From: Phyllobates terribilis
Lineage: Eukaryota
NCBI RefSeq assembly: GCF_046119375.1
Contig: NW_027362761.1
Span: 550,684,001 to 550,748,000 of the forward strand
Reading direction: 5' to 3'
Length of the DNA: 64,000 nucleotides
A model generated the notes under the pieces. That model was not told the DNA's origin and made no database searches. It worked only from the letters and a program-made list of their open reading frames with translations. The position numbers and the translations under genes are program-made. Positions 33,877-44,291 of the stretch are shown here, in pieces; the stretch's first letter is position 1; every line of letters begins with the position of its first letter.

Positions 33877-36666
33877 CTAGATCATCTCAGACAGATGTCT
33901 GTCCAGCCTCTGTTTGAAGACGTCCATTGAAGGGGAACTCACCACCTCTTGTGGCAGCCTGTTCCACTCATTAATCACCCTAACTGTCAAAAAGTTTTTT
34001 CTAATATCTAATCTGTGTCTCCTCCCATTTAGTTTCATCCCATTGCTTCTAGTCTTTCCTTGTGCAAATGAGAATAAAGATGATCCTTCTAAAATGTGAC
34101 AGCCCTTGACATATTTGTAGACAGCTATTAAGTCTCCTCTCAGTCTTCTTTTTTGCAAGCTAAACATTCCCAAATCCTGCAACCGTTCCTCATAGGACAT
34201 GGTTTGCAGACCAGTCACCATTCTGGTCGCTCTTCTCTGAACTTGCTCCAGTTTGTCTATGTCTTTTTTAAAATGTGGTGCCCAAAACTGTACACAGTAT
34301 TCCAGATGAGGTCTGACCAAAGAGGAGTAAAGACCGATAATGACTTCACGTGATCTAGACTGTATGCTTCTGTTAATACATCCCAGAATTGTATTTGCCT
34401 TTTTTGCTGCTGCATCACACTGTTGACTCATGTTCAGTCTATGATCTATTAGTATACCTAAGTCTTTTTCACATGTACTGTTGCTTAGCTCTATTCCTCC
34501 CATTCTGTATATGCTTTTTTCATTTTTATTGCCCAGATGTAGTACTTTGCATTTTTCCCTGTTAAAAACCATTCTGTTGGTTGCTGCCCACTGCTCCAGT
34601 TTATTTAGGTCTTTTTGAATCCTCTCTCTCTCTTCTCTAGTATTAGCTATCCCTCCTAGCTTTGTGTCATCAGCAAATTTAATCAGTTTACCCTCAATTC
34701 CTTCATCTAAATCATTGATAAAGATGTTGAACAATACAGGTCCCAGGACGGAGCCCTGTGGTACCCCACTTGAGACATTCATCCAGCTGGATGTGAAGCC
34801 ATTTACAACCACCCTTTGAGTCCGATCACTAAGCCAGTTATGAATCCACCTAACAGTTGCCTGGTCCATTGCATACTTGGTCATTTTTTCAATAAGGATG
34901 GTGTGAGATACTTTGTCAAATGCTTTGCTGAAGTCAAGATATACTATATCTACAGCATTTCCCTGATCCACCCAGTCAGTGATTCTGTCATAGAAGGAAA
35001 TTAAGTTAGTCTCACATGACTTGTTAGTTACAAACCCATGCTGACTCTGGTTAATCACTTCATTCTTATCCATGTACTTACATACATGATGTTTAATAAT
35101 TTTTTCAAAGATCTTTCCTGGTATAGAAGTCAGACTCACCGGCCTATAGTTCCCTGGGTCCACCTTCTTCCCCTTTTTGAAGATAGGAACAACATTTGCT
35201 CTTCTCCAGTCTTCTGGGACTTCTCCTGTTCTCCAAGAATTTTCAAAGATTATGGAGAGTGGTTCTAAAATTTCTTCTACGATCTCCTTCAGTACTCTGG
35301 GGTGTAATTCATCTGGACCTGGAGACTTGAACTCATTTATGTTAGCTAAATATTCCCTCACAATCTTTCTGTTTACAGATAACTTGGATTCCTCTATTCC
35401 TTTAAAAGGACAGTGAAGATCAGTTGATGTTACATTTTCTTTCTGAGAGAAAACAGATGCAAAATAAGAATTAAAAAGTTCGGCCTTCTCAACATCCTCT
35501 CTTACCATTTCTCCATTTTCATCCTGTAAAAATCCTATAGCATCTTTGACTTTTCTTTTACTTTTGACATACCCCCAAAATCCTTTTTTATTGCTTTTGA
35601 CATCTCTTGCAAGCCTTAATTCATTGTCAGCTTTAGCTAACCTGATACGTGCCCTGCAGGATCTGCAGACTGCATTATAATCTTCTTTAGATATGCCTCC
35701 CTCTTTCCATTTAATAAACATTTCTTTCTTTCTTTTTAGCATGTGTTTAAGTTCTGTGTTCATCCATCCTGGTTTCCTTAAATGCTTCCCATTCTTCCTA
35801 CTTTTCGGGATTGTTAACGATTGTGCTTTGAGAATCTCATTTTTAAAAATTTCCCATCCTTCCTGGACATTTTTGTCCTCAAGGACATCCAGCCATTGGA
35901 TCCCTCCTATTCTCTTTCTGAGTCTCTTAAAATCTGCCTTTCTAAAATCTAACCTTGAAGTTTGAGTCTTCACATGTCTTCCTCCTCTAGTTATCCAAAA
36001 TTCTATAATAGCATGATCGCTGCCTCCTAGGGTCCCAGCCACCTTTACCTCCTCAACCATTTCCTCCCTGTTTATAAGGATTAGATCCAAAGTAGCAGAT
36101 CCCCTTGTTTTCTCCCCTACCTTTTGGAAGATAAAGTTGTCAGCAAGAGAGGATAAGAATTTGCTTGACCTGTTAGTTTTACTTGAGAGAGATTCCCAAC
36201 AAATGTCTGGATAGTTGAAATCTCCCATGACCACTACGTCATATTCTTTGGAGAACTTGGTCATTTGACACATAAAGAGTTCATACATATCTTCAGCTTG
36301 CCCAGGTGGCCTGTAGTAAATGCCTACAATGGTGTCCTTTCCGTTGTTCTCTCCTTGTATTCTTACCCAAACAGTTTCCACAGAACTCCCAGTTTCTGAA
36401 GCTTCAATCTCTGTGCAGATATACGCTTTTCTAACATACAATGCAACACCTCCTCCTCGTTTACCAAGTCTGTTTCTTGCAAATAAGTTGTATCCTTTTA
36501 GCCTTTTATTCCAATCATGTGTATCGTCCCACCAAGTTTCAGTGATTCCAATGACATCATATTCCTTTTCCTGCATTAGTAGTTCCAATTCTCCTTGTTT
36601 GTTGCCCATGCTTTGTGCATTTGTATAAAAACATTTTAGTTTGTGATTGGTTTCTCTTCCTCCCAT
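33877..36666 (-). CDS. CR1 ORF2: APE endonuclease plus reverse transcriptase, intact 929 aa
   Basis: Endonuclease motifs YTNAQS, GITETWW, YRPP, MGDFN, LDL and GSDH. RT motifs NYRPVSLTS, QHGF, YLDFSKAFD, GVPQGSVLGP and FADD. No stop or frameshift. Confidence 0.96.
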   Translation of the reverse strand: MGGRETNHKLKCFYTNAQSMGNKQGELELLMQEKEYDVIGITETWWDDTHDWNKRLKGYNLFARNRLGKRGGGVALYVRKAYICTEIEASETGSSVETVWVRIQGENNGKDTIVGIYYRPPGQAEDMYELFMCQMTKFSKEYDVVVMGDFNYPDICWESLSSKTNRSSKFLSSLADNFIFQKVGEKTRGSATLDLILINREEMVEEVKVAGTLGGSDHAIIEFWITRGGRHVKTQTSRLDFRKADFKRLRKRIGGIQWLDVLEDKNVQEGWEIFKNEILKAQSLTIPKSRKNGKHLRKPGWMNTELKHMLKRKKEMFIKWKEGGISKEDYNAVCRSCRARIRLAKADNELRLARDVKSNKKGFWGYVKSKRKVKDAIGFLQDENGEMVREDVEKAELFNSYFASVFSQKENVTSTDLHCPFKGIEESKLSVNRKIVREYLANINEFKSPGPDELHPRVLKEIVEEILEPLSIIFENSWRTGEVPEDWRRANVVPIFKKGKKVDPGNYRPVSLTSIPGKIFEKIIKHHVCKYMDKNEVINQSQHGFVTNKSCETNLISFYDRITDWVDQGNAVDIVYLDFSKAFDKVSHTILIEKMTKYAMDQATVRWIHNWLSDRTQRVVVNGFTSSWMNVSSGVPQGSVLGPVLFNIFINDLDEGIEGKLIKFADDTKLGGIANTREERERIQKDLNKLEQWAATNRMVFNREKCKVLHLGNKNEKSIYRMGGIELSNSTCEKDLGILIDHRLNMSQQCDAAAKKANTILGCINRSIQSRSREVIIGLYSSLVRPHLEYCVQFWAPHFKKDIDKLEQVQRRATRMVTGLQTMSYEERLQDLGMFSLQKRRLRGDLIAVYKYVKGCHILEGSSLFSFAQGKTRSNGMKLNGRRHRLDIRKNFLTVRVINEWNRLPQEVVSSPSMDVFKQRLDRHLSEMI

Positions 36667-36788
36667 ATTTTTATTATTTAAATTGTTTTGTCTTTGTTCT
36701 TCTTTTCCACTTCCAGTAGCAGAGATCTCAATAGTATTTGTCAGCTGTATGGCTTTTTCTGGCCTTTTGCTTCCCTTCCCACATTGTT

Positions 36789-37538
36789 CTAGTTTAAAGC
36801 TCTTCTGATGAGTGTAGCAAGGCGACTTCCAAATACATGTTTTCCAGTCTTCGCAAGGTGCACCCCATCTCTAGCAAGTAGTCCATCGTATAGGTAATTC
36901 ATTCCGTGATCCAGAAATCCAAATCCTTGTTGACGGCACCATCGACGTAGCCAGTTGTTTACCTGTAGAATCTTATTCCACCTCATTGTTCCATGGCCAT
37001 CCACTGGGAGGATGGATGAGAAGACCACCTGCGCTCCCAATTCTTTCACTTTCTTGCCTAAGTCTTCAAAGTCACTGCAGATGGTTTCCAGGTCCTTTCT
37101 TGCGGTGTCATTTGTCCCCACATGTATTAGCAGGAATGGGTAGTGATCTGTAGGTCTGAAGAGTCTTGATATCCTGTCAGACACATCTTTAATTTTTGCT
37201 CCTGGGAGACAGCACATTTCTCTTGAGGTTATGTCTGGTCTGCAGATAGTGGCCTCTGTTCCTCTTAACAGGGAATCCCCCATGACCACCACTCTCCGTT
37301 TTTTCTTCACAACATTCTTCTTTCTCCATCCAGGAGGATTCTGAGGGCTTACAAGGTTATTCATTGCTGGCAAAGTCTTATTTTGCTGTATTTCTTCATG
37401 GTTCTCCTGCGTGAGAGCCTGGTACTGGTTCCTGAGCAGTATGGGTGCTGACTGCCTCTCGATCCTCCTGCTTCTGTGGGTCACATGCTTCCATTCCTCT
37501 GTTTCGTCAGGTGCAGTTCGAATTTCTTCTCTTTTTTC
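36789..37538 (-). pseudogene. CR1 ORF1, C-terminal SGNH/GDSL esterase-like domain (5'-truncated)
   Basis: Motifs VVVMGDSLLRG, PGAK, HVGTND and DGVHL. The frame stays open upstream of the GTG at 37484 to 37538, where homology appears to end. Confidence 0.88.
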
Positions 37539-38179
37539 TTAGCCTGGGAAGGTCCCATTAGGTAAACATTTCTATGGCCATAATTAACATCTCAGAGCTT
37601 GTTCGTTAGCCGCTACGCCCCCCCAATCAGCACTCAGCAGCGCTTTGGACACAGCGTATTTATGTTGCATCCAAAACACGGTGTCCTAATGCCGCACTTT
37701 TGTTGTTACATGTGAATCCACTGCATATAATGACGCTTCAATAATGATGCTGCATATAATGACTGCTGCTTCTCCCATCCATTCTGCTCTCGCTGTTATC
37801 AGCCAGAGCAGCGGTTGGATGAGAGGAGTAGCAGCCTCCTCTCCCGACCCAGGTACCAGCCGCGGTGCGATTTTTTTTGCCTATTGTTTTCCATTGAAAC
37901 AGCAAATCCGCATGTATAGATATTATACATGCGGGTTTGCTGCGATTCAATGCAAGCCAATGGGTGTGATTTTGCCATGAAATCGTACCTAAATTGGTTT
38001 TGCTGTGGTTTGAGCCGCAATGATAGTCCGCAGCAGAAATTTCCACATCATGTGCACAGCACATGCAGATTATCATTGCTGTACATGGCAGACCTCTTAC
38101 CAAGCTGTTTTAATGTGTTTCCTCCGTGGGAAACCGCTGCAGAAACGCATTAAAATTGCATTGCGTGAAATCAGCCTAA

Positions 38180-39260
38180 TAGTTAATAATAATTATAATT
38201 TTTTATTTATATAGCGCCAACAAATTCCGCAGCACTTTACAATTAAGCGGGGACATGTACAGACAATAAATTCAATACAATTTAAGACAGTTTAAACTGT
38301 TACATCAGGAGTGAGGTCCCTACTCGCAAGCTTACATTCTACAAAGAAATGGGGGGACACAATAGGTGAAAAGTGCTTGTTATTTCAGGTCTGGCAATTA
38401 TAATAAATAGGGATATTCATATAAAGCTGTATGATCCGGTCATAAGCCTGTATGTTTAAGTGCAATACTCAAGAACCGATTGCAGTTATCTTGTGCATGG
38501 AGGGTGTGGAGACAGATGAAGTGTAGGGAACAGATTCTGAATGATATTTAGAAAGAGGGAACAGGGGAAAGTTAATTTACTGAGTAGTTAAGGTGGTAGG
38601 GTTGTTTAAAGAGATGGGTTTTTAAAGCACGCTTGAAGATAAGGGGGCTAGGCATCAGTTGGATCGCCTGGGGTAGTGCATTCCAGAGAACTGGCGCAGC
38701 ACGAGAGAAATCTTGGAGACGGAGGTGCGAGGTTCGGATTATGGGGGATGTTAGTCTTAGGTCATTTGTAGAATGGAGGGCACGTGTAGGGCGATAGACA
38801 GAGATGATAGAGGAGATATAAGGTGGTGCAGAACTGTGGAGAGCTTTGTGGGTGAGAGTGATGAGTTTATATTGGACCCTGAGGCGGACCGGCAACCAGT
38901 GTAAAGACTGGCACAAGATGGAGGCATTGGTGAAGCGGCTGGACAGAAATACGACCCTGGCTGCCGCATTCAGGATGGATTGGAGAGGAGAAAGTTTGGT
39001 AAGAGGGAGACCGATCAGAAGAGAGTTGCAGTAGTCCAGACGAGAGTGAATAAGAGCAACAGTAAGAGTTTTAGCAGTTTCAAAGGTGAGAAAAGGCCGG
39101 ATTCTGGAGGTGTTTTTAAGATGCAGGTGACAGGAGCGAGTGAGTGATCGGATATGGGGGGTAAAGGAAAGGTTAGTGTCGAATATGACCCCCAGGCAGC
39201 GGGCGTGCTGGTTGGGAGTTATGGTTGAAACCTCCAAGGTAATTTCGATGTTAGGTAGAG
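38180..39260 (-). mobile_element. L2-clade LINE 3' fragment
   Basis: ORF 38572-39237 reads ARCLGVIFD...SRLDYCNSLL...LQSILNAAAR...LHWLPV (L2 C-terminus). The 3' end is GTAAAGTGCTGCGGAATTTGTTGGCGCTATATAAATAAA plus an (AAT)-rich tail. Confidence 0.9.
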
Positions 39261-41015
39261 TTGGAATAGTTGGATTCTTTACTTTTCTTAAGGCCCATCA
39301 TTTGGCCAACAGCCTTCTCAGCTGACTCTCCTTTTCAGTGAAGCACTCCTGTGTTCTCTATGAGAAAGCCTCTGGCTGACACATTGGCTCAGCTACATGA
39401 GTACAATGAAATCAGACATACCCAATCAAGATCTGCCGTGACCACCAGTTGGCTGGTGGCCCCATACACATTAGTTTGTTGGTCGAAACTGTAGGTATTA
39501 GCAGGTTCAGCAAACTTTAATTTAATGTGTTTTGGGGGCCTTAAGTGAACTGCTTATCCATTATGGATTCTGATCTAACATGACTCTGATATTGCTCTTG
39601 GTCTCTCAATAGCTTGGACATTATCCTGTATTTTTATGCTCTTCAGTTCACTCCACCAGTCACCAACTAGTATGCAGAAGCAACCAGGGAATCCTTGGAG
39701 CAAAGTAAAAATCTTTGTTGAAAAGCCTATACCAAATCTGACTGTTGTAGCTTTTTAGAGGTGAAGAGAACCCTTTCAACAATGTAAGCCATTCTGAACA
39801 TTGTTGGCTTGACCACTAAGAACATGTATCGTCATTTTGTGACCTTTAAAAGTTAATAAAAGTTATTGAGTTGTTAACAACTTTGGAAGGACACTTTTCT
39901 TGGAACATACAAAGTTGTAAATGAATCACATATACTCATCAGTCTTCACATTATTAATAGGTCTTTTGATGGTAATGGGAATTTTTCTACAGATTACAAA
40001 AAAGTGTCAGACACCATTCCCGAGAATGTCTTCATGATTAGGAAACATTAGGTGAGAACAGGACTTGGTCTGGGGTAGGTAAAATATTTCACAGCAGTAA
40101 AAGACATCTAACATTTTGATATGTGAATCAAATTTTAGTTTTATAATATCTTCCTGAGATTGGAAATGCTCTTCAGCTTATTAAATCAATAGAAATGTTA
40201 AAGCTAGGTGGAACCCCAATTATGGATTAAACCTGGAAGGTTAGACACTGGGTCTACACAAGACAGGAACAATTTATTTTCCCCCCTTGCTTTTTGACAA
40301 GTAAATGTCAGCAGGCAACATCATCTGCTAGTCCCCGGCATAGGGCACCTGTTATAGAAAGATTATTAGTCTTGCATGTGTCAAAATCTTTATCATTTCA
40401 GATTTGATACAAAATTACTTTTGCTTAATGCATCCATTAACCTTGAACTATCAGCATGTGTTTTATGATCTAATGTTAAAGGATATTTTTTTTTATGTTC
40501 TCATGGAATCACTTTTAAACTTGTTCGGATGACAATAATTTTAGTCTGAAGTTATTGGAAGAATTAAAATTTACACTGTGTAAATCTATTATATAGCAAC
40601 GCTGAATTATATCTTTAAATGGTTTTGTTCACATTGAAGACATATGTCATCATCGTCTAACACAAGTTGGTTGCATTTAGTTATTAGTCGTTAGTAGTGT
40701 TGAGCGATACCTTCCGATATCGGGAAATATTGGATCGGATTGGATCGGACCGATACTGAAAAAGTATCGGATATCGCCGATTCCGATACCGGAAACCAAT
40801 GCAAGTCAATGGGACAGAAATATCGTAATGAAAATAAACCCTTTCTTTCCTTGTAGGTTAATTCTACATGAAGGAAAACAACTAAGAATAATGTAGAATG
40901 AATTGGGGGAGGTGGGGGAGACAATAAAGGCATAGAGGTTTAACCCAATCAAATGGAATAGCAGGAATTAATATTTTTTTTTAAGACGTTCTGAGTTACG
41001 GAAATATTGACTATG

Positions 41016-41955
41016 TTAAGTATTTTTATATTTTGTCAGATATTTATGTTTCACTACTTCCATGCTCTTCACCTTCTTTTTTACTTCTCCCACACTTTCT
41101 CCTTCATCATCCTCAGCATCAGCATCTTTTTCATCCACTTCTTCTTCACCTTCTTCATCTTCTTCTTCTTCACCTTCTTCATATTATTCTTTTTTTTACA
41201 TTCTTCATATTCTACTTCTTCATCTTCTTCATATTCTTCTTCTTCATCATATTCTTATTTGTGACAGGCATTCCTGTAGTTGTTATCTATAAAAGTTAGG
41301 ACATTACACCTTTCGTTCTGCCCGTCACAAAAGATTTACAACAAGATTTGTCCGCGTTCAGTTTGGCCTGCAGCAGCAGGTCTTTTCCAGGGGCACCACG
41401 AGGAGGAACGGACTCACCCCCATACACTGCTTAGTCATCTTCGGCTTATAATTTAGATATTATCTTTTGCTCTGATTTTTAGTCTTATGCTTAATGTTCT
41501 TCCGCTTTTTGTTCTGCAGCTTCTTGTACTTCTGCTTCTTGGTTTTCTGTCTCTTGTTCTTCTGTATCTTGGTGGTTGTCTTCTCTTCTTTGTCCTCTTG
41601 GTCTACTTCTTCAGGGTCATCTTCTTGATATTCTTCGGGGTGGTCTTCAGGGTCATCGTCTTCGGGGGTCCTCGTCTTCGGGGTCCTCATCTTCTTCGGG
41701 GTCCTCGTCTTCTTCGGGTTGGTCTTCAGGGTCCTCGTCTTCGGGGTCCTCTTCTTCTTCGGCGTGGTCTTCAGGGTCATCGTCTTCTTCGGGGTGGTCT
41801 TCAGGGTCCTCGTCTTCTTCGGGGTGGTCTTCAGGGTTCTCGTCTTCAGGGTCGTCGTCTTCGGGGTCCTCGTCTTCTTCGGGTTGGTCTTCAGGGTCCT
41901 CGTCTTCAGGGTCCTCGTCAGGGAGATCCAGAGTGATTACCAAGAACCATTTCAA
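41016..41955 (-). pseudogene. Frameshifted Glu/Asp-rich low-complexity ORF remnant(s) inside the hAT
   Basis: Minus-strand frames read EDPEDEDPEDQPEE..., EDNHQDTEEQETENQEAEVQEAAEQKAEEH* and EYDEEEEYEED...EEGEEEVDEKDADAEDDEGESVGEVKKKVK. Coding status not established. Confidence 0.4.
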
Positions 41956-41989
41956 AAAGCATGAACTTGGAAATGTAGCAGAAGGTACA

Positions 41990-44290
41990 AGAAGGCTGAG
42001 GAACTACCGAGGACCAGCTGACGTTACTGGAACCCGGATGGGTAGCAGAAGGTACAAGAGCCAATGGAACTACCGAGGACCAGCTGACGGTACTGGAACT
42101 CGGTTATTAAGCAGGAGGTACCTGTGCCAGAAAGCACTACCAAGGACCAGCAGACGTTGGTGGAACTTGGATACCGAGAAGGAGGCACCTAAACCAAAGG
42201 CACTGCCGAGAACCAGCTGACGGTACTGGAACCCGGATGGGTAGCAGAAGGTACAAGAGCCAATGGAACTACCGAGGACCAGCTGACGGTACTGGAACTC
42301 GGTTACTAAGCAGGAGGTACCTGTGCCAGAAAGCACTACCAAGGACCAGCAGACGTTGGTTGAACTTGGATACCAAGAAGGAGGCACCTAATCCAAAGGC
42401 ACTGCCGAGAACCAGCTGACAGTACTGGAACCCAGATGGGTAGCAGAAGGTACAAGAGCCAATGGAACTACCGAGGACCAGCTGATGGTACTGGAAAACG
42501 ATTACTAAGGAGGAGGTACCTGTGCCAGAAACCACTACCAAGGACCAGAAGACATTGGTGGAACTTTGATACCGAGAAGAAGGCACCTAATCCAAAGGCA
42601 CTGCAGAGAACCAGCTGACGGTACTGGAACCCGGATGGGTAGCAGAAGGTACCCATTTAAAGAAAAGTTTCAAGGCCACGAGCCGGCCGCAGTTACCAAA
42701 ACCCACAGTCCTACAGGGGGTGCTTGTCCTTTTGGCACTATGGAACCAGCCTTCATTGCCAGATCCCGCAGCCCACATAGGAGTCACCTAAACTGCAGGC
42801 ACCATAGAGTCGGCTAACCCGACCGCAACACGACAGGACAACGCATTGGAGGCAAAGTGACGTTGACACTACCCAGAAACAGCTGGCGTGCTGGAACCAG
42901 GCTGGGCAGGAGGGAGTACCCGTGCCAAAGACACTGCCGAGAACCAGCTGACGGTACTGGAACCCGGATGGGTAGCAGAAGGTACAAGAGCCAATGGAAC
43001 TACCAAGGGCCAGCTGATGGTACTGGAACTCGGTTACTAAGCAGGAGGTACCTGTGCCAGAAAGCACTACCAATGACCAGCAGACGTTGGTGGAACTTGG
43101 ATACCGAGAAGGAGGCACCTAATCCAAAGGCACTGCCGAGAACCAGCTGACAGTACTGGAACCCGAATGGGTAGCAGAAGGTACAAGAGCCAATGGAACT
43201 ACCGAGGACCAGCTGATGGTACTGGAACTTGGTTACTAAGCAGGAGGTACCTGTGCCAGAAAGCACTACCAAGGACCAGCAAACGTTGGTGGAACTTGGA
43301 TACCGAGAAGGAGGCACCTAATCCAAAGGCACTGCCGAGAACCAGCTGACGGTACTGGAACCCGGATGGGTAGCAGAAGGTACCCATGTAAAAAAAAGTT
43401 TCAAGGCCGCGAGCCGGCCGCAGTTACCAAAACCCACAGTCCTACAGGGAGTGCTTGTCCTATTGGCACTATGGAACCAGCCTTCATTGCCAGATCCCGC
43501 AGCCCACATAGGAGTCACATAAACTGCAGACACCATAGAGTCGGCTAACCCGACCGCAACATGACAGGACAACGCATTGGAGGCAAAGTGACATTGACAC
43601 TACCCGGAAACAGCTGGCGTGCTGGAACCAGGCTGGGCAGGAGGGAGTACCCGTGCCAAAGACACTGCCGAGAAACAGCTGACGGTACTGGAACCCGGAT
43701 GGGTAGCAGAAGGTACAAGAGCAAATGGAACTACCGAGGACCAGCTGACGGTACTGGAACCCGGATGGGTAACAGAAGGTACAAGAGCCAATGTAACTGC
43801 CGAAGACCAGCTGACGGTACTGGAACTCGGTTACTAAGCAGGAGGTACCTGTGCCAGAAAGCACTACCAAGGACCAGCATACGTTGGTGGACCTTGGATA
43901 CCGAGAAGGAGGCACCTAATCCAAAGGCACTGCCGAGAACCAGCTGACGGTACTGGAACCCGGATGGGTAGCAGAAGGTACACATGTAAAAAAATGTTTC
44001 AAGGCCGCAAGCTGGCCGCAGTTACCAAAACCCACAGTCCTACAGGGGGTGCTTGTCCTATTGGCACTATGGAACCAGCCTTCATTGACAGATCCCACAG
44101 CCCACATAGGAGTCACCTAAACTGCTGGCACCATAGAGTCGGCTAACCCGACCGCAACGCGACAGGACAACGCATTGGAGGCAAAGTGACATTGACACTA
44201 CCCGAAAACAGCTGGCGTGCTGGAACCAGGCTGGGCAGGAGGGAGTACCCGTGCCAAAGACACTGCTGGGAAACAACTGGCGGTGCTGGA
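41990..44290. repeat. Nested tandem array: 66/67/66-bp subunits forming a 199-bp unit, interleaved with a 333-bp segment
   Basis: Subunits start CCAGCTGACGGTACTGGAAC. The 199-bp period shows in the ORF track (42070, 42269, 42468). The higher-order segment recurs 731 and 598 bp apart. Confidence 0.93.
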
Positions 44291-44291
44291 A

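Larger units (their letters stand above)
33791..37538 (-). mobile_element. CR1 LINE, 5'-truncated within ORF1
   Basis: (ATTCTATG)3 tail at 33791-33814, a CR1-type 3' UTR (GGGGTTGGACCAGATGACC...GGTCCCTTCCAAC), ORF2, and the 3' part of ORF1. Confidence 0.96.

Noticed and set aside
33914-36628. Plus-strand ORFs overlapping the CR1 (and those overlapping L2, Tc1 and the hAT transposase)
   Set aside because: Antisense shadows of real coding frames, with no motifs of their own.
39640-39710. Plus-strand polypyrimidine-CAG acceptor with a short open frame (SLHQSPTSMQKQPGNPWSK)
   Set aside because: Poor donor (AAA|GTAAAA) and no homology I recognise.
39800-40680. Possible ancient L1 RT remnants (GCPMP and ADDV-like on the minus strand); similar AT-rich decay at ~23750-24450 and ~27560-28400
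   Set aside because: Too degenerate to delimit or confirm by eye. Needs RepeatMasker or tBLASTn.
41487-42220. Plus-strand Ser/Gly-rich, Leu/Arg-rich and Phe/Val-rich ORFs
   Set aside because: They are antisense readings of the GAA/GAC-rich tract and are open in several frames.
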